The position numbers were made by a program, and so were the translations under genes. A stretch of 64,000 nucleotides of DNA, taken from assembly GCF_009914755.1 (NCBI RefSeq), contig NC_060926.1; one strand, written 5' to 3'. The notes beneath the pieces were generated by a model. It was not told where the DNA came from. It saw nothing but the letters and a program-made list of their open reading frames with translations, and did no database searches. The stretch comes from the human T2T-CHM13v2.0 reference genome, Homo sapiens. Positions within the stretch are counted from its first letter, which is position 1. Each line of letters starts with the position of its first letter. Positions 25,607-40,915 of this stretch are shown here, piece by piece.

Positions 25607-27284
25607 TTCTCCTCCCCAGTCCAGAGTTCTCATCAACAAATCCCCTCTCTACTAGCAGTGAGAAGTCTTATTTCCTTTGCGCAGCTGGTCTAATCTAGAA
25701 ATTATGGGGAAGGCAATTGGATTCAATTAATTTATTCTGAAGTATTAATAACTGACAGTCCTCTGACCTTGCTAGAGTTACTTGCATTGAAAATAAAATT
25801 AAGATGTAAAGGGTAGAAAACTCCAAAACCCAAATGGCTGTCATTGGTGGAATATTAACTAGTATGCCAACTGAAGTGAGCCAATCCATGCAGATATCCT
25901 TGGACAGTCTTGCTGTGGCTAATGGTCTACCTGAAGGTGGAGGCAGGAAGGCGGGTATCAGGACAAGGAAGGTGAGAGAAGGTAAATTCCTTTTGTTTGT
26001 GATGCTCTTGATTTTCATAGCTTTATCCTTTTCTAAAACCTCAAAACCAACAGATCCTCTAAGATCTTTCCATTTTGTCCTGTTTTGTTTTGTTTTGAGA
26101 CCATTTTCCCATGTTGGTGACAGTGAGGTTCTGTCAGTAGAAGAGCATTAGCAAGAGGACTGAGCTCCTTGTGCCTGAAAGTGCCTCTCCATGGGGAAGG
26201 TCAGGATGATGTGCAGCGCAAAGCAACCCCAAACCATTTCACCCATTTCTCCTCTACATCCAACCTCCCATTTCCTGTCTCCAAAGAGTCTCACCAGATC
26301 CTAAGTTGGCCAGGCCTTGAGAAAACTGAGAAACCACACTGTCTTGGTCCAAAAAAACAGACACAGAGAGCTTACATTTTTCTCTTCCATTAACATTCAA
26401 CTATTTTAATGAATACCAGATTTTACCATTTGTTCCTAGGGCAGGATATTTGAGTTTTCTGTGGCTTATTTTATTCTTAATATTTAAAAATCTTTTCTCT
26501 CGATGAGGTATAACCATAATTGCATTTTGAAAAGTGGGCAACATTTGGTTACTGGAATTGTTTTATGAATATGGTGACAAAAATTAACTTCATGTGTCTT
26601 TTATAAGATGCTTTATCATTTTTTTAAATTTATCAAGACCAGAAGGTTTTTAAACCAACCTGGATTCTGTAACATGTGAATACCAGTGCACAATGACTTA
26701 TAAGAAGCCATTTAAGCAGATATATATATAGAAAAACTCATGTGCAATATAAAGGGTATTCAGATTGTTTCATCTAACCACAGAGAAGAACAAATCATCC
26801 CCAAAGTATAAAGTGGTTTAAAGACAGGGAATTGAAAACTAAATTTGAAGCTGACATCTTGACAGCCTCATGACCTAGTTTCAGGCACAGAGCTATACAC
26901 GAGTGACAAAAGAGGAAGAAAGAGAGGTAGACTTAAGGATCCGGAGTAAAACAAGAAAAAGAGAAAGAGGGTGATGTGGTGGAATGAGGAGAATAAAAGG
27001 CATCAGGAAACAATTAAGAATAAAATACTATACCAGAATATGGCAGGTAGACTGATGGTCTTAAAGGTGTTCTTTGGTAGGTGGGATCAGTACGTAGAGA
27101 ATGAATAGTATACATTTGAAAATTATTATATTTGTAAATATAAATTTACATTTTGTAATACAAGAGTGACTAATGCTCTGTCCACTAAAATGACAAGCTG
27201 GAGAAAACTGCAAGAGGGGAGATAAGTTTTATGTTAATTTTTTCAGCTAAAATAGCTAACACTAGGCACCACCAACATCTGTAG

Positions 27285-27739
<455 letters not shown>

Positions 27740-28317
27740 TGACATGGAGATGGTCTCAAATTTTGCTTTTTAATCTCAATGTCTTTGGGCTTAAGAGACA
27801 ACATCAGCGACCCCCAAAAAACTAGAGGAAAGAGAAAGCAGACTGTGGCATTGCCTGGGGTTAGTAGCTAGTCTGTATTGCAGCTTTCAGCCGGACCCAG
27901 AGTCCCACCAGTTTTAAAAAGTGGTTCAGCAGAAAAGTACTATTTGAAGTTTTGTTTACTATTATGGGCAATTTCTCTGTGTGTGGGTGAGCCTCGTACA
28001 CACTATCTACATGGTATCAACCAGTCAGATAAAATCTGAAGAATGCACTCCCTTAGGTAGGTATTTTTAAAACATTTTGGTGTTTTTCGATATATATATC
28101 TGGTTGTGGGCTTCAATTTAAAATACTCCTTTTGATATGAATTTTGCTAAAATAAATGCTTCAAGAAGGTTAATTAAGGTCAGGAGAGACCCCTTAGGAT
28201 CATCGTTTCATAGATAACTAAAGGATTGGTTAAAAAGTATCAGGCCTATCCTATAGGATTAACTATGTGCAGTTTTCTAGCAAACATGTATATGTATAGA
28301 AAATTGTTAATAATACG

Positions 28318-28594
28318 TAGTCAACCCTCAGTATTCTCAGGGCATTGGTTTCAAGATCCCCTGAGATACCAAAATCCATGAATGATCAAGTCTCTTATAT
28401 AAAGTGGTGTAGTATTTGCATATAACCTAAGCACATCCTCCTGTGTACTTTACATCATCTCTAGATTAGTTATAATACCTAATACAGTGTAAATGCTATG
28501 TAGTTGATCTACTGGGCTTTTAATTTGTATTTTGTTATTCTTTTTAATATTTTTGACCTATAATTGAAGTCTACAGATGGGAAGTTCCGACTTT
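28318..28594 (+). mobile_element. MER2 (TcMar-Tigger MITE)
   Basis: gataccaaaatccatg...gtagtatttgcatataaccta...catctctagatta...ataatacctaataca. Confidence 0.85.
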
Positions 28595-30169
28595 ATAGAT
28601 GTATCTTTGTTTAGTACCAACGTTCTCATTAACACATTTCCAGGTCCCACCCTGGGTTGCTGGGGGAAAAGGCAGAGATTGGTACTTTTAGAATGCCCAG
28701 GTGATTTCCCTATAGATAGCCTGAGAGCATGTTTTTGATGTAGCCCTCAGCTTTGATCATTGCAAAGTTCAAAAGTGAGTAAAGTTTTTCTGCCTCCACT
28801 AACTAGAGTTCAACAGCATAATTTTTACTCCACTCATGCTCAGGTAGAGAGGATATGGGGCCTAAGCACGGTGGTCAAAGGCCCTGATAACAACAGCTCC
28901 TCCCCAAAGAATCCACTGGTGTTTAAGGTTTAGATTTTGATGACAGCAGAATTGGTTAGGTCTTTCCTCTTAAGAATCTAATTGCTTCTAAATTTACACA
29001 GGTGTAAAGGAGTCCCGCTTGAGAAAAACAAGACTATCTTCTGTTCCTGCTAGAGATTCAAATATGCATTCCTGGGTTTTTAGAAGAACCTTGAGGTGGG
29101 TAGATTATCGGAAAGACAAGAGTGGCTCTGAGAGTGAGCTCACCAGAAACAGGGAGACTGTACACTAGCCAGATACAACATCCAGATCTAAGGACCATAG
29201 GAAGAGAGAACTGAAATGCTGCTGGTACAGCATGCAGCAGGTCCTGGAATCCAGCCTGGCACAGCCAATCAGGCAGCACGTGCACCATAGGCTGGGAGAG
29301 AAAGCAGCAGCAGCCACTCTCCTAAACCACAGTGGCGGGCCTCCCAAACATCCCCGTGTAACAGCAACAGCAACAAGATGAAAGGAGGTTAAGCCCTGCC
29401 TCAATGAGGCAAGTTCACAGCATTAGCCAGGTTTGAGCTCTAGGGAGCTGGCGATGGGTATTGCAGCTTAGTGGGGACTCTATAAACAAACCTGGGAAAA
29501 CTCCGCAATGTTAGGAGAATGGGAGGCTTAAACAGACTGTATCTCCTGATATCAATCAGGTGAGGTTTTCAAAGCCAAAGAAATTGTACACTAAAGTAAA
29601 TGTAACCCATTTGTACTCCCCAATAGGGAAGGATAGGTGGACTGGTTCCATTTGCAGGGGTTTTTTTTCCTGTTGACTATGACCAAAATCCACTCAACAA
29701 AGGAAATGCTGAAGACTTAACTCCTCTGAGTGACTACGTTTGAATGCTCAAAATTCCTTTTGTTAATAGTCTCCATCTATGCCTCAGAGATGGAAGGGCT
29801 GTTTCTTTTAAAGATATGCTAGGATTGAGGGTGAAAAAAATATAAACTTCTTCCAGGTAACATGTTACCCAGCACACTCTCTCATTACTCAAATGCCCAT
29901 TCTTGTGGCTGGGCCTTTCCTACCACTTAGCAAGGCTGGCATGTCAGGGAGCTTTGATGTCTAACAGCTTTGTGGATGTTACATGTGTATTTCATTGTGG
30001 AGGCCCAGCCCTAGCCTTCCCACATTCAGGTTTTGAAAAGCAGAACCTCAGTGGATTTTGTCCAATGCTTTATTTCAAATTCCATTTAACATCCCTTCAA
30101 GGTGGTTTCAGAGTAAATAAATGAACTGAGGTTTTATTTAAATATAACTTGAGTGTTATATTTATTTAT

Positions 30170-31130
30170 TAAATATATATTATATTATTATATTGTACAT
30201 TAAATATAATATATCGTATTTATTATAATATTGTATATTAAATATAATATATCGTATTTATTATATTGTACATTAAATATAATATATCATATTTATTATA
30301 TTGTACATTAAATATAATATATCGTATTTATTATATTGTACATTAAATATAACATATCGTATTTATTATATTGTACATTAAATATAATATATCGTATTTA
30401 TTATATTGTACATTAAATATAACATATCGTATTTATTATATTGTACATTAAATATAACATATCGTATTTATTATATTGTACATTAAATATAACATATCGT
30501 ATTTATTATATTGTACATTAAATATAACATATCGTATTTATTATATTGTACATTAAATATAATATATCGTATTTATTATATTGTACATTAAATATAATAT
30601 ATCGTATTTATTATATTGTACATTAAATATAACATATCGTATTTATTATATTGTACATTAAATATAATATATCTTATTTATTATATTGTACATTAAATAT
30701 AATATATCGTATTTTTTATATTGTACATTAAATATAATATATCGTATTTATTATATTGTACATTAAATATAATATATCGTATTTATTATATTGTACATTT
30801 AATATAATATATCGTATTTATTATATTGTACATTAAATATAATATATCGTATTTATTATATTGTACATTTAATATAATATATCGTATTTATTATATTGTA
30901 CATTAAATATAATATATCGTATTTATTATATTGTACATTTAATATAATATATCGTATTTATTATATTGTACATTTAATATATTGTATTTATTATATTATA
31001 TTTTTATATATTAAATATAATATATTTAATATATTATATATTAAAAATAATATATTTAATATATTATATATTAAAATATATATTAAATATAATATATTGT
31101 ATTTATTATATTGTAATATATATTAAATAT
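30170..31130 (+). repeat. AT-rich minisatellite, 35-bp unit AATATAATATATCGTATTTATTATATTGTACATTA, ~23 units plus degenerate AT tail
   Basis: TGTACA recurs exactly every 35 bp from 30267 to 30967. Confidence 0.97.
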
Positions 31131-31211
31131 AACTCGTTATATTTAAATAAATATATTTAAGATAAAATTTGGCATAACACAAATGAAGTATTGGTGAGAT
31201 AAGCATTCTGA

Positions 31212-31414
31212 CTAGGGCTTGGCAAACACTCTTTGAACAAGTCAGAGAGTCAATATTTTTGGATTTGTGGACCACAGAGTCTCTGTCACTCTGCTATGGA
31301 ACCATACAAGCAGCTGTAAATAAAACATAAACAAATGGATGTGGCTGTATTTCAATAAAACTTTATTTGCAAAAGCAGACACATGGCCCATAGGCTATAG
31401 TTTATTTACACCTG
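31212..31414. mobile_element. MER58A (hAT-Charlie MITE)
   Basis: agggcttggcaaac...aacaaatggatgtggctgtatttcaataaaactttatttgcaaaagcag...ggctatagttt. Confidence 0.85.
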
Positions 31415-32030
31415 TTTCAGGCCCTTATATTCTGACACAGGTGCCTTTGTTTTGTTTTGTTGTGCCTTAAACAGTGGTAGGTGTCTTTGAAATTATAAGT
31501 GATGAGTAGTGACAATAGATTTCAGAAGATGAGTGTGCAGCCATTAGAATTGTGAAATGCTTCTCTCTGTGCAAAAGCACGAGATTGCTAAACAATAACA
31601 GCAAAAAACTAAATTATTTAGAAAACAAATATTTCCTCATGTCAAAATCGCAAAGGTGAAAATATATACTAACGTAAATTCTTGGTATTAGAAATGTAAA
31701 ATAAAGATCTGGTAAATATGTAGCCTAATTATAAAATCACACGCAGACACACAGTGAAAAGGGTGATGCTGTACAGGAACAATAAAGGAAGCACATTATT
31801 ATGTGAATTGCTGAATATTTGAAATGCATAGCTACAATAAAGTCACATCTCCACATGTAAGCAACAAAGCTGTGTCTCTTGATTGCTGATTAAGTCCATA
31901 CATTTTGAAAATGATAGACATAAACAGGTAAAGCCAAAGAGAGAAACAAAATAGAACAAAAAATGGAACTCACCTCATTTTGCCGTGATCTCTGTCCATG
32001 ACAACCACCCTCAAAGCCATACAAGTTGGA

Positions 32031-32365
<335 letters not shown>

Positions 32366-32448
32366 CTATTAAAGAAGCCAATGATTTTTCCTGAGCAAAT
32401 GTCAATTTCAAAGATAATATGTTGACTTAAACTTTCCACAGGACATAT

Positions 32449-33273
32449 ATATATATATTTTTTTAATTATACTTTAAGTTTTAGGGTACATGTGCACATT
32501 GTGCAGGTTAGTTACATATGTATACATGTGCCATGCTGGTGCGCTGCACCCACTAACTCGTCATCTAGCATTAGGTATATCTCCCAGTGCTATCCCTCCC
32601 CCCTCCCCCCACCCCACCACAGTCCCCAGAGTGTGATATTCCCCTTCCTGTGTCCATGTGATCTCATTGTTCAATTCCCACCTATGAGTGAGAATATGCA
32701 GTGTTTGGTTTTTTGTTCTTGCGATAGTTTACTGAGAATGATGATTTCCAATTTCATCCATGTCCCTACAAAGGACATGAACTCATCATTTTTTATGGCT
32801 GCATAGTATTCCATGGTGTATATGTGCCACATTTTCTTAATCCAGTCTATCATTGTTGGACATTTGGGTTGGTTCCAAGTCTTTGCTATTGTGAATAATG
32901 CCGCAATAAACATACGTGTGCATGTGTCTTTATAGCAGCATGATTTACAGTCATTTGGGTATATACCCAGTAATGGGATGGCTGGGTCAAATGGTATTTC
33001 TAGTTCTAGATCCCTGAGGAATCGCCACACTGACTTCCACAATGGTTGAACTAGTTTACAGTCCCACCAACAGTGTCAAAGTGTTCCTATTTCTCCACAT
33101 CCTCTCCAGCACCTGTTGTTTCCTGACGTTTTAATGATTGCCATTCTAACTGGTGTGAGATGGTATCTCATAGTGGTTTTGATTTGCATTTCTCTGATGG
33201 CTAGTGATGATGAGCATTTTTTCATGTGTTTTTTGGCTGCATAAATGTCTTCTTTTGAGAAGTGTCTGTTCAT
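32449..33273 (-). mobile_element. 5'-truncated L1PA2-type LINE-1 (~0.83 kb; ORF2 C-terminus and 3'UTR)
   Basis: ORFs 32671-33042 and 33076-33273 match the L1 ORF2 C-terminus; 3'UTR has GATGACGAG (not Ta ACA) and CTTAAAGTAT; TSD ccacaggacatat at 32436-32448 and 33274-33286. Confidence 0.95.
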
Positions 33274-33606
33274 CCACAGGACATATTTTTTATAGCCTCA
33301 CATTTTAGTGAAGTCTCTTTTTCAAGCAACAAACATGCAAGGGAAAAAGTGTGGTTTTTCCATAGTTTCTATCATAATAGAAACATAAATTCCTCATGTA
33401 ATTCTCCATTTTGCATATCAAAAAACTAATTTTATTCAAACTTGAAAAATCAAATGATAAATTCCTAGTAGCTTACCTGGTAGGTATTCAGTGGTTTCCG
33501 CAACTTCCTTGTGTAGTTAGAAAGAATTTCCTTCCACACTGGTTTTGTTTTTTGTTTGTTTTTTTGCTGTTGTTTGTTTTTGTAAAAAAATGTACTTAAG
33601 TTTTAA

Positions 33607-34665
<1,059 letters not shown>

Positions 34666-37600
34666 GAGCTCATCATCATTTTTAAAAAAACAAATATTTA
34701 TTTTTTATTTTCTTCCTCTGAGAATCTACTTTATACCTTTACTAAAAATTTCTTCTGACTCCCCACTCTGTTCTAAGTGCTAGAGAATCTATGCTCTAAG
34801 GAAGATTAAACTCACTCCTTCGACATGTTTCTTTTCCCCTCATTTTTGGTCATCCCAACCTAATTGTAGACATGATTTCTCTCTCAGAAGGAGCAAACTC
34901 ATTTGGGTGGGTAGTGCTGGAGAGGAAGCTGTTAATGGAGAGTGAATCACCTACTTGGAAGCAACACCCCTATTTGCCAGGAATCAGTCATGTTGATGCA
35001 GGTGTGTGTGTGGTGTTTTTGAAGTAGAACTGGATTATCCCAGCAAGGTAGTGTACCTACAAATTATAGTACAAACCCAGGCTTGCTGTCTAAAGGACAT
35101 TTGTAAGAAATAACAATGTATCTCAATATATGTTGACAATCTATACCATAATGGGATTACACAAGTAGCTAAACTTGAAAGTCAAATTGGCATTTGCATA
35201 TCTAATTCTTGGGCTGAACCGTCTGTGGGCTAATTAATAATGATAATGAAAAGGGGGTATAATTTGGGATTTAATGCAAGGATATATTCTGAAAATTGCC
35301 AAGGCAGAGAGGGTGGAGAGGAGAAAAGTACAGAGGGAGATGGTGCTGAGAGACCAGCAAGAAATTAAATCTGGCTGCGGATCCAGTCCCTTGTTTTCCA
35401 TTCTCTTAAAGTGGATTTTGCAGTAGCCTAAAAGTGAACACAGGAAAATTGGGGAAGAGGTGAGCTTTGCAGAAGTGTGGAGGTGAAAATGAGGAAATTG
35501 CTGTTATGACAACGTGCATGGGGTATTGTACAGAAAGTGTTTACATTTTATTCATTGGAGGCTTTCAAGTTTATAATATACAATTTAAAACTAGTCTTGA
35601 AGAGGGACAATTTGACAGCACTGTATAGGATAACTTAAGGGGAACTAGTTGGGAGGCTCTTGAAATAGTCTTCAACTAACCTTCATGCAGACTCTACTTT
35701 GTCCCTTATATCCAGTCAATCTCAACTCATTTCTTTCACAGTCGCATCCTTCCTACCTTAACTAGCCCTTTGGAGCTTCAATCCTGGGTTATTCATGGTT
35801 CTAAATTTCCTAAATTATTCTCTACGGAAGAATGTTTGAAAAAATTATCTCATGTAGACACCATGCATACAGACAGTGAAGGGAGGTGCCTTAATAAGTT
35901 TTTCTCAATAATATTTTCAATGTAAACCTTGGTTCCTACACTGTTATTTCCCATAAAAACAAGGATTCAAGTTCAGTGTGATGTGAATCAGTGAAGCCAC
36001 TCAAGCACAGTTCACTTCTAGGGAGACAAGCTGCTGCTTTTCTCAACACAGCCCAGCAGCCGCCCAAAACCCTTCATACAGACTAAGTACCCTTCTCAGG
36101 GCTACTTTTTCTTGATGGATTTGAAGAGAGGGAGCTGCTAGAATATAGATATTCCCAGGATCAGGACTCTGAGAAATACATAAACAAAGTCTATGAAAAT
36201 GATTAGACTCAAAATTCCTGAATGTAGCACAGGGCCTTTTACATAGTTACTTAAGGTGTACTCAATAACTTGAATTGGATCTCACCATCTAATTTGAGGT
36301 AACAGTTTTTCGTGCTCTATTTTCTTCTTTGCTATCAAAAAAAGTAAAAATGAGAAATTACAAGAAAAAAAGATTTTTGAAAGAGAAAAGCACTAACAAA
36401 CCAGATGTAGAACTTTGAAACAGCTATAAAATGCTTGGCTCATGCGGACACAATTGTCACAGAGCCACATGGTGATGCCCCGCATGGTATGTGTATAAAT
36501 CCCTGTGGGTGGTAAGTTTTTTGATACATAATCAAATCTACCTTTATTTAGAGTTCAGAGGAAAATTTTCCAACAGAAATCTGCTGATTGGCCGCCAAGA
36601 TCAATTTTTCAATCACCCTTATTTTCTACCTTTAAGTAGCTAGAAGCAATATGAAAGAGAGAAACATTTGGCAACAAATCTTTGAGCCACCTTATCTTCA
36701 TTAGGCCCTCTGTAATTACATACACTTGGTCAAGAATCTCATAATAACTTTAAAAACTCCAAAAGTCAGACATTGTTAATGCCCCTTTTTAGTATTATTT
36801 GATGTTACCAACCCTCACCCAGCCAGTGACCCCATCAATCAATAACTCAGTTATTCTACATTTTCTGAATGAATCTACCCATCTGACTGATTAAAAATGA
36901 ATAAGCCAAAATCGATGTATTAATATCAGATAAAAACTGTGTTAGCATGGTCTTTTTAAAATATCCTAATGTAAAACTAACCCCATCATTTTGGAGGTGG
37001 AATGGCAGGCTCAACTTTAAAAAAGAAAAAAAAAATGGTGTAAGATGAGTGAGCAAGATACCACATTAAGGAATACATTCTATGCCTCCACAGTTCATCT
37101 CTCTATCTAAAGCGGATATCACATCCAGTGCTGCTACACAGGATAACCTAACCAGTACCAGATTGACCTGACCAATCCACATTAGTAATGATGTCTAATT
37201 TTTCTACTCACTCAAGAGTATGTTTTTAATTGACTACATTTTTAACAGCTTTTACAGAATCAATTCTATCATCTTCAGTGTTTTGGCTACAAGATTGAGG
37301 AGGGAAAAAACCCTCCTTTCTGAAAAATTGGAGGATTTCTCATTATGTTTCCATTGTCAAAAACTGAGTTTGAAATTTTAGAAAAGTTGCAAAGAATTAC
37401 ACCGGTCTCATGCATTTCCTCCTTTTATTTAATCTCATTTGTCTCATATAATCATATATCTGCCTATAATTCATCAACAGTGTGATCAAGTGGAACCCTG
37501 GTGACGCCAGGGTAACTATACACTCACAAATATTTCTAGTCTTTGTGTCTGAGGCTACATGTGTAGACGTTTAGCATTTCCATTTGCACCAAGTCTTAGT

Positions 37601-39833
37601 GTCTCTGGATTATTGGATTCTAAAAGGAAAATTAAAGAGGGATGGGTTCTGAGTCTGCTACTTACTTGATACACAACCTTAGGCAGGACATCTTGAATCA
37701 CAGTTTCTACTTCTATATATGTTGAGATAAGAGGAAGCTAGGAGATAAGATTACCTAGGATGCCAGGTAATCTTCAATCTTCCTTCCACCACCAGCAGTC
37801 AAGACCCCAAAGATAAGTTTCTTTTTTGTTGTCACCAATCACCTGTAGTTATTTACATGATTAGCCAAAAAGTCAAAAGACAGTTAGTTTCACGGCCACA
37901 TTCTCTTACTTGTGCTCCAGCTCCTGGTATCTCTAAATGATTTCCAAGCATAGTTCATCAACCCTACGATGGTTCCCTAAACAAAATCTCACACTTAGCT
38001 CTTTGAAATTGTTGAATTCATCCTTTTTTTTTTTTTTTTTTTTTTACCACCCCTCTGCTCCCATTTCATAACCTTGAAAATAGCCAGGTGGCCTCCTTGC
38101 AATCACTTCGGATTAATTAGCCACTGTTTATTTGTAAGCGTCAGGCCTCCCTACTACCACCATCTGCTTCTTGTACTCAACGTTTCGCTGTCTATCACTG
38201 CTCAGTGTTACCGCTGATGAGGGTGTTTGGCCACCGGGGCAAGGTTTCAGCCAAACTTTAGGTCAGGTTTCTTCATGTTGATGCTCTGAACAAATATTTG
38301 TTGAAAAAAAGACTGCATTTTTTGAGAGAGGAAAAAAGTATAGACTCATGTAGAGTTTATGGTGTCTATTAAATTTAACAGAAATTAAATTTTACCTGTT
38401 TATATTAACTACCATTGCATTGACATAATAAAGATTAATATAGCATTTATAGTTCTTTTACTATCAGCTGCAATGAATTACTGTTCATAATTGGGCCAAA
38501 CTTTTACCTTCTTGTCTCCAACTGGCCTTTGTAAATCTGAGAGGAAATTGTGAAATCGACTCTCAAAAAACTTCTTTTACTAGGAGAACACCCCTCAGCC
38601 TGTCCAAAGAGTTCCTGAGTGGACTTTGAGCTGGTAGACACAGCATGGTGGCTGCACACTGGAGGGGAAGGGTCTGTCCAGTGTTCTCAGAACAATTTAA
38701 AGTATCCTCAAGAGCTGCATGGAAGGATGACCCTCAGGAAACGTTAGTCCCGCCCATCCTCAACGTGGCTCATGGTGTCAGTCCAAAAGAATTGCCTTTT
38801 CTACTCTCAAGAAACCTGAAGCTAGAGTCCTCCCTAAAGGAGAAAGAGGGAGAGAGAAGAAATACTACATATATTTCTAACGTTACACTTTTAAAAATAT
38901 TTGATGGGTGGATATCTTATCCCGAGCCACTGCCCCCCAGATTATAAAACCATTTTGCCAAAAGTTGAAGGACTTAATATTTGCTCTATGTTTTGAGGTG
39001 TTAGAAGTTTTCTCTGTAAAGAATCAGGCCTCAACTAGCAGCCAATAGTGATTTTATGCTGCCTTCCAGAGAGCCTCAGCCGCAGTCCAGGAATTCAAAC
39101 ACAAGTGGAAGTGGGAACACAGCTTGTCTCAATATCAATAAACTTGTCCTTATAATGAAAGACAAGACTTGTTTGCCAGACCTATAAGGCAAACATATCT
39201 GTTTTGTGTACTGAAGAAAACTGGTCCATGGACAGTGTCACTAAATGAAGGCAGAAGCCTTTCATGCTGGAAAGGCCTAATGAGAACCGAGGGTTGCCTG
39301 ATTTTACCAAATGCTCTCAGATGCCTGCCTTCAAAAGATTAACTGTTTTGTATCCACCAGCAGATTGCCCCTTTTTAGCTGGTCCTGAAACCTATTTAAG
39401 CTTTGCCAGTCCCCTTGCTGGGGCTTGATACCGAATCAAGACAAGCTGATTGACGCTGATTTGGGGTTTATGCAAACAAAGCAGGAAGAGTGCACAATTT
39501 TCCACATGATTATTTTTTTTTTACGGAAAAACATCTGACCCTGGATAAGTTCATTTATAAGTGAAATCTTGAGGTTTATTTATTTATGTTTGTCAATTCC
39601 TTAAAGAGAAAGAGAGAGAGAAGTTTATTGTCTTTGCTGCCCAGTTTCATAAAACCACTCTAAAATGGAGCAAAATGAGTTGTTTCCAACAAAAACAAAA
39701 ACAAAACAAAAATGTTTAAGTCTCTATATGATATTGGTAAGTTTAGTTGGCTGGCATGAAGAAAATAACTTAATTAGGAAAAGGAACTAGGAAATTGCAT
39801 TAATTTACTGACTTAAGTATGAAAATTAAAGAG

Positions 39834-39885
39834 AAACCTGTACATTCTGCACATGTATCCCAGGGCTTAACGTATAATAAAAAAT
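39834..39885 (+). mobile_element. Very short L1PA 3'-terminal insertion
   Basis: aaacctgtacattctgcacatgtatcccagggcttaacgtataataaaaaa; aaagagaaa on both sides. Confidence 0.75.
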
Positions 39886-40214
39886 TTTTTTCAAAGAGAA
39901 AAAATATACATCAGCTAGATAAATTTTTTTATTCATAAAATATACAACTTTCTCGTTTTCTCTTTTGAAATCTGGAGAGTTTACAAGGGTTAAGCAGGAA
40001 GGGCTGACCTTGTTAGAAGTGAGAGTCTAAGTTCTCTGTGATAGGTTTATTCTCTTTGCCCGCTTGCCTAAGACATTCTCTTTAAAATTCAACCCTTCTG
40101 TATTTCATCTCTTTTATTAGAGGCATAAAAAGCAGACACCAGATCCCTGAAGTTAAGATCATGATCGTTTATAAGTCCCACCTTGTGAAAGGGCTGCAGT
40201 TGGCTAGTGCAGCA

Positions 40215-40415
40215 GAGTGTCACAGATAGAGCATAGGCTTTGGGAGCAAAAGCCCTAATTTAAATTCGGGCTCAGGCATTACTTTCTGGTTGACTGCAGG
40301 AAACTGTTCAGCTGCAAAATGGGAATAATCACTCTCATCTCAGAAAGCCACTGGGAAGACTAAATGAGGTTTGATTTCATCACTTGTGAGCTGTTACATG
40401 GTGCCTGATACAGGG
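40215..40415 (+). mobile_element. MIR SINE
   Basis: agagcataggctttgggagc...ctgcaaaatgggaataatc...gactaaatgag...gtgcctgatacag. Confidence 0.65.
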
Positions 40416-40742
40416 GCCTTCTCTAGGCTCTGATTTCAGAGACAGCAGCGAGGCATGTATTGTTTTCTGTCATTTCACATGGGAGCAAATTAGAGATTCT
40501 CCTCTAATCCTCTTTTCCATAAGACTAGTCCATAGATCTTGTGCTCCTCTTCCAGCTATTGTTTAGAAGCAAATAGAGGGGATTTGTCCCCTTAAGTCAT
40601 AAAAAAACTTATTGGAGATGCCTGAGAGACACAATAGGAATATAGTAAATACAGTATAGTATTAGCTGAAATAGGAGACATCAAAACAATAATATTTTGA
40701 GTTTTTCCTTTGTCCCACCTTAAAATAAGAAAAAAAAATGCT

Positions 40743-40915
40743 AGAAGCAGATTTCTCATGAATACAACGATACTTAAGTTTCTAAACCCTCACTTCCTAG
40801 ACTCCTCCAAATCAGTATACTACTTTCAGGCTTAAGCGTATATCATTTTCCCTGAAGGAGGGCCCTCAAAATCATATAAGCTTCTAGTCACTTATACAAC
40901 ACCAAGATCCACCCT
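40743..40915. mobile_element. MER53-like hAT MITE
   Basis: agaagcagatt...gagggccctcaaaatcatataagcttc...gatccaccct with degenerate TIRs. Confidence 0.55.

Noticed and set aside
29265-29282. ERSE (CCAAT-N9-CCACG)
   Set aside because: Spacing and sequence do not fit the consensus.
30896-31126. 76-aa I/Y/N-rich ORF
   Set aside because: Translation of the AT-rich repeat.
32671-33273. L1 ORF2 ORFs as a functional CDS, or an active L1HS-Ta
   Set aside because: Only 0.8 kb of the 3' end is present, and the diagnostics are GAG/A rather than ACA/G.
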